Assembly (NCBI GenBank): GCA_013239625.1
Contig: MU056029.1
Coordinates: forward strand, 124,001-188,000
Direction: 5' to 3'
Length of the DNA stretch: 64,000 nt
Origin: Lama guanicoe
Taxonomy: Eukaryota
Below the pieces are notes generated by a model. The model saw only the letters and a list, made by a program, of their open reading frames with translations, searched no databases and was not told where the DNA came from. The first letter of the stretch is position 1. Every line of letters starts with the position of its first letter. Both the position numbers and the translations under genes were made by a program. Positions 63,651 to 64,000 of the stretch are shown here, in pieces.

Positions 63651-64000
63651 CCAAAAGTATTGATGACAATCATTAGATTATATATCTTTTAACTAGGAGG
63701 CAAGGTCACTGTATGTTAAAAGATGTTCCCCTCTCTGTGTGTACATGTGTGTGTGTATGTGTGTCTCATTCCATGTGCCAGGGTGTATACATTCACTTGG
63801 GGATCCTCTGGGCTCCAGCCAGCTCTCTCTGCATATATGCTTGCTTGTTTATAGCTTGACCAGGTGGCTGGCCTGAGGGCCATAGTCTGCAGGCAAATAC
63901 AAAAAGGAATTATACTAAATTCAGTGATTATGAATAATACACACTCTTTAGAGATGGTGAAAATAAGCAGTTTATCTGACCAATCCAATGGACTAAGGTG

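Noticed and set aside
1..64000. SNORD115/SNORD109-type C/D snoRNAs, prokaryotic systems, CRISPR arrays
   Set aside because: No C/D box array or regular repeat-spacer pattern seen; the snoRNA clusters are expected beyond the 3' end of UBE3A, outside this window

Overview
Mammalian genomic DNA, probably a camelid (inferred from a tRNA-derived Vic-1-type SINE and artiodactyl-type L1 3' ends). It holds the 5' half of UBE3A (E6AP ubiquitin ligase, Angelman locus) on the minus strand. Visible parts: a CpG-island promoter with exon 1 (about 49790-49239), a 64-nt non-coding exon (23719-23656), the exon carrying the MATACKR start (21027-20908), two further alternative 5' exons (20521-20455, 19335-19190) and the 45-nt exon encoding (R)SSGESQSDDIEASR-M (17689-17645). 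The next exon (KRAAAKHL...) lies beyond position 1. Gene identity comes from recalled human/mouse E6AP N-terminal and 5'UTR sequence plus canonical splice sites seen here; no alignment was run. The rest is intron or upstream DNA dense in L1, L2, MIR, MaLR/ERVL LTR and DNA-transposon fossils, with family names assigned by eye. I see no evidence of a wholly new biological system. The best leads are: a uORF-rich, splice-dependent UBE3A leader with a possible GUG-initiated N-terminal extension; a dead orthologue of the human isoform-2 start exon; a candidate antisense micro-exon overlapping a UBE3A exon; and retrotransposition events (L1 3' transduction, twin-priming inversion, SINE-L1 chimera).
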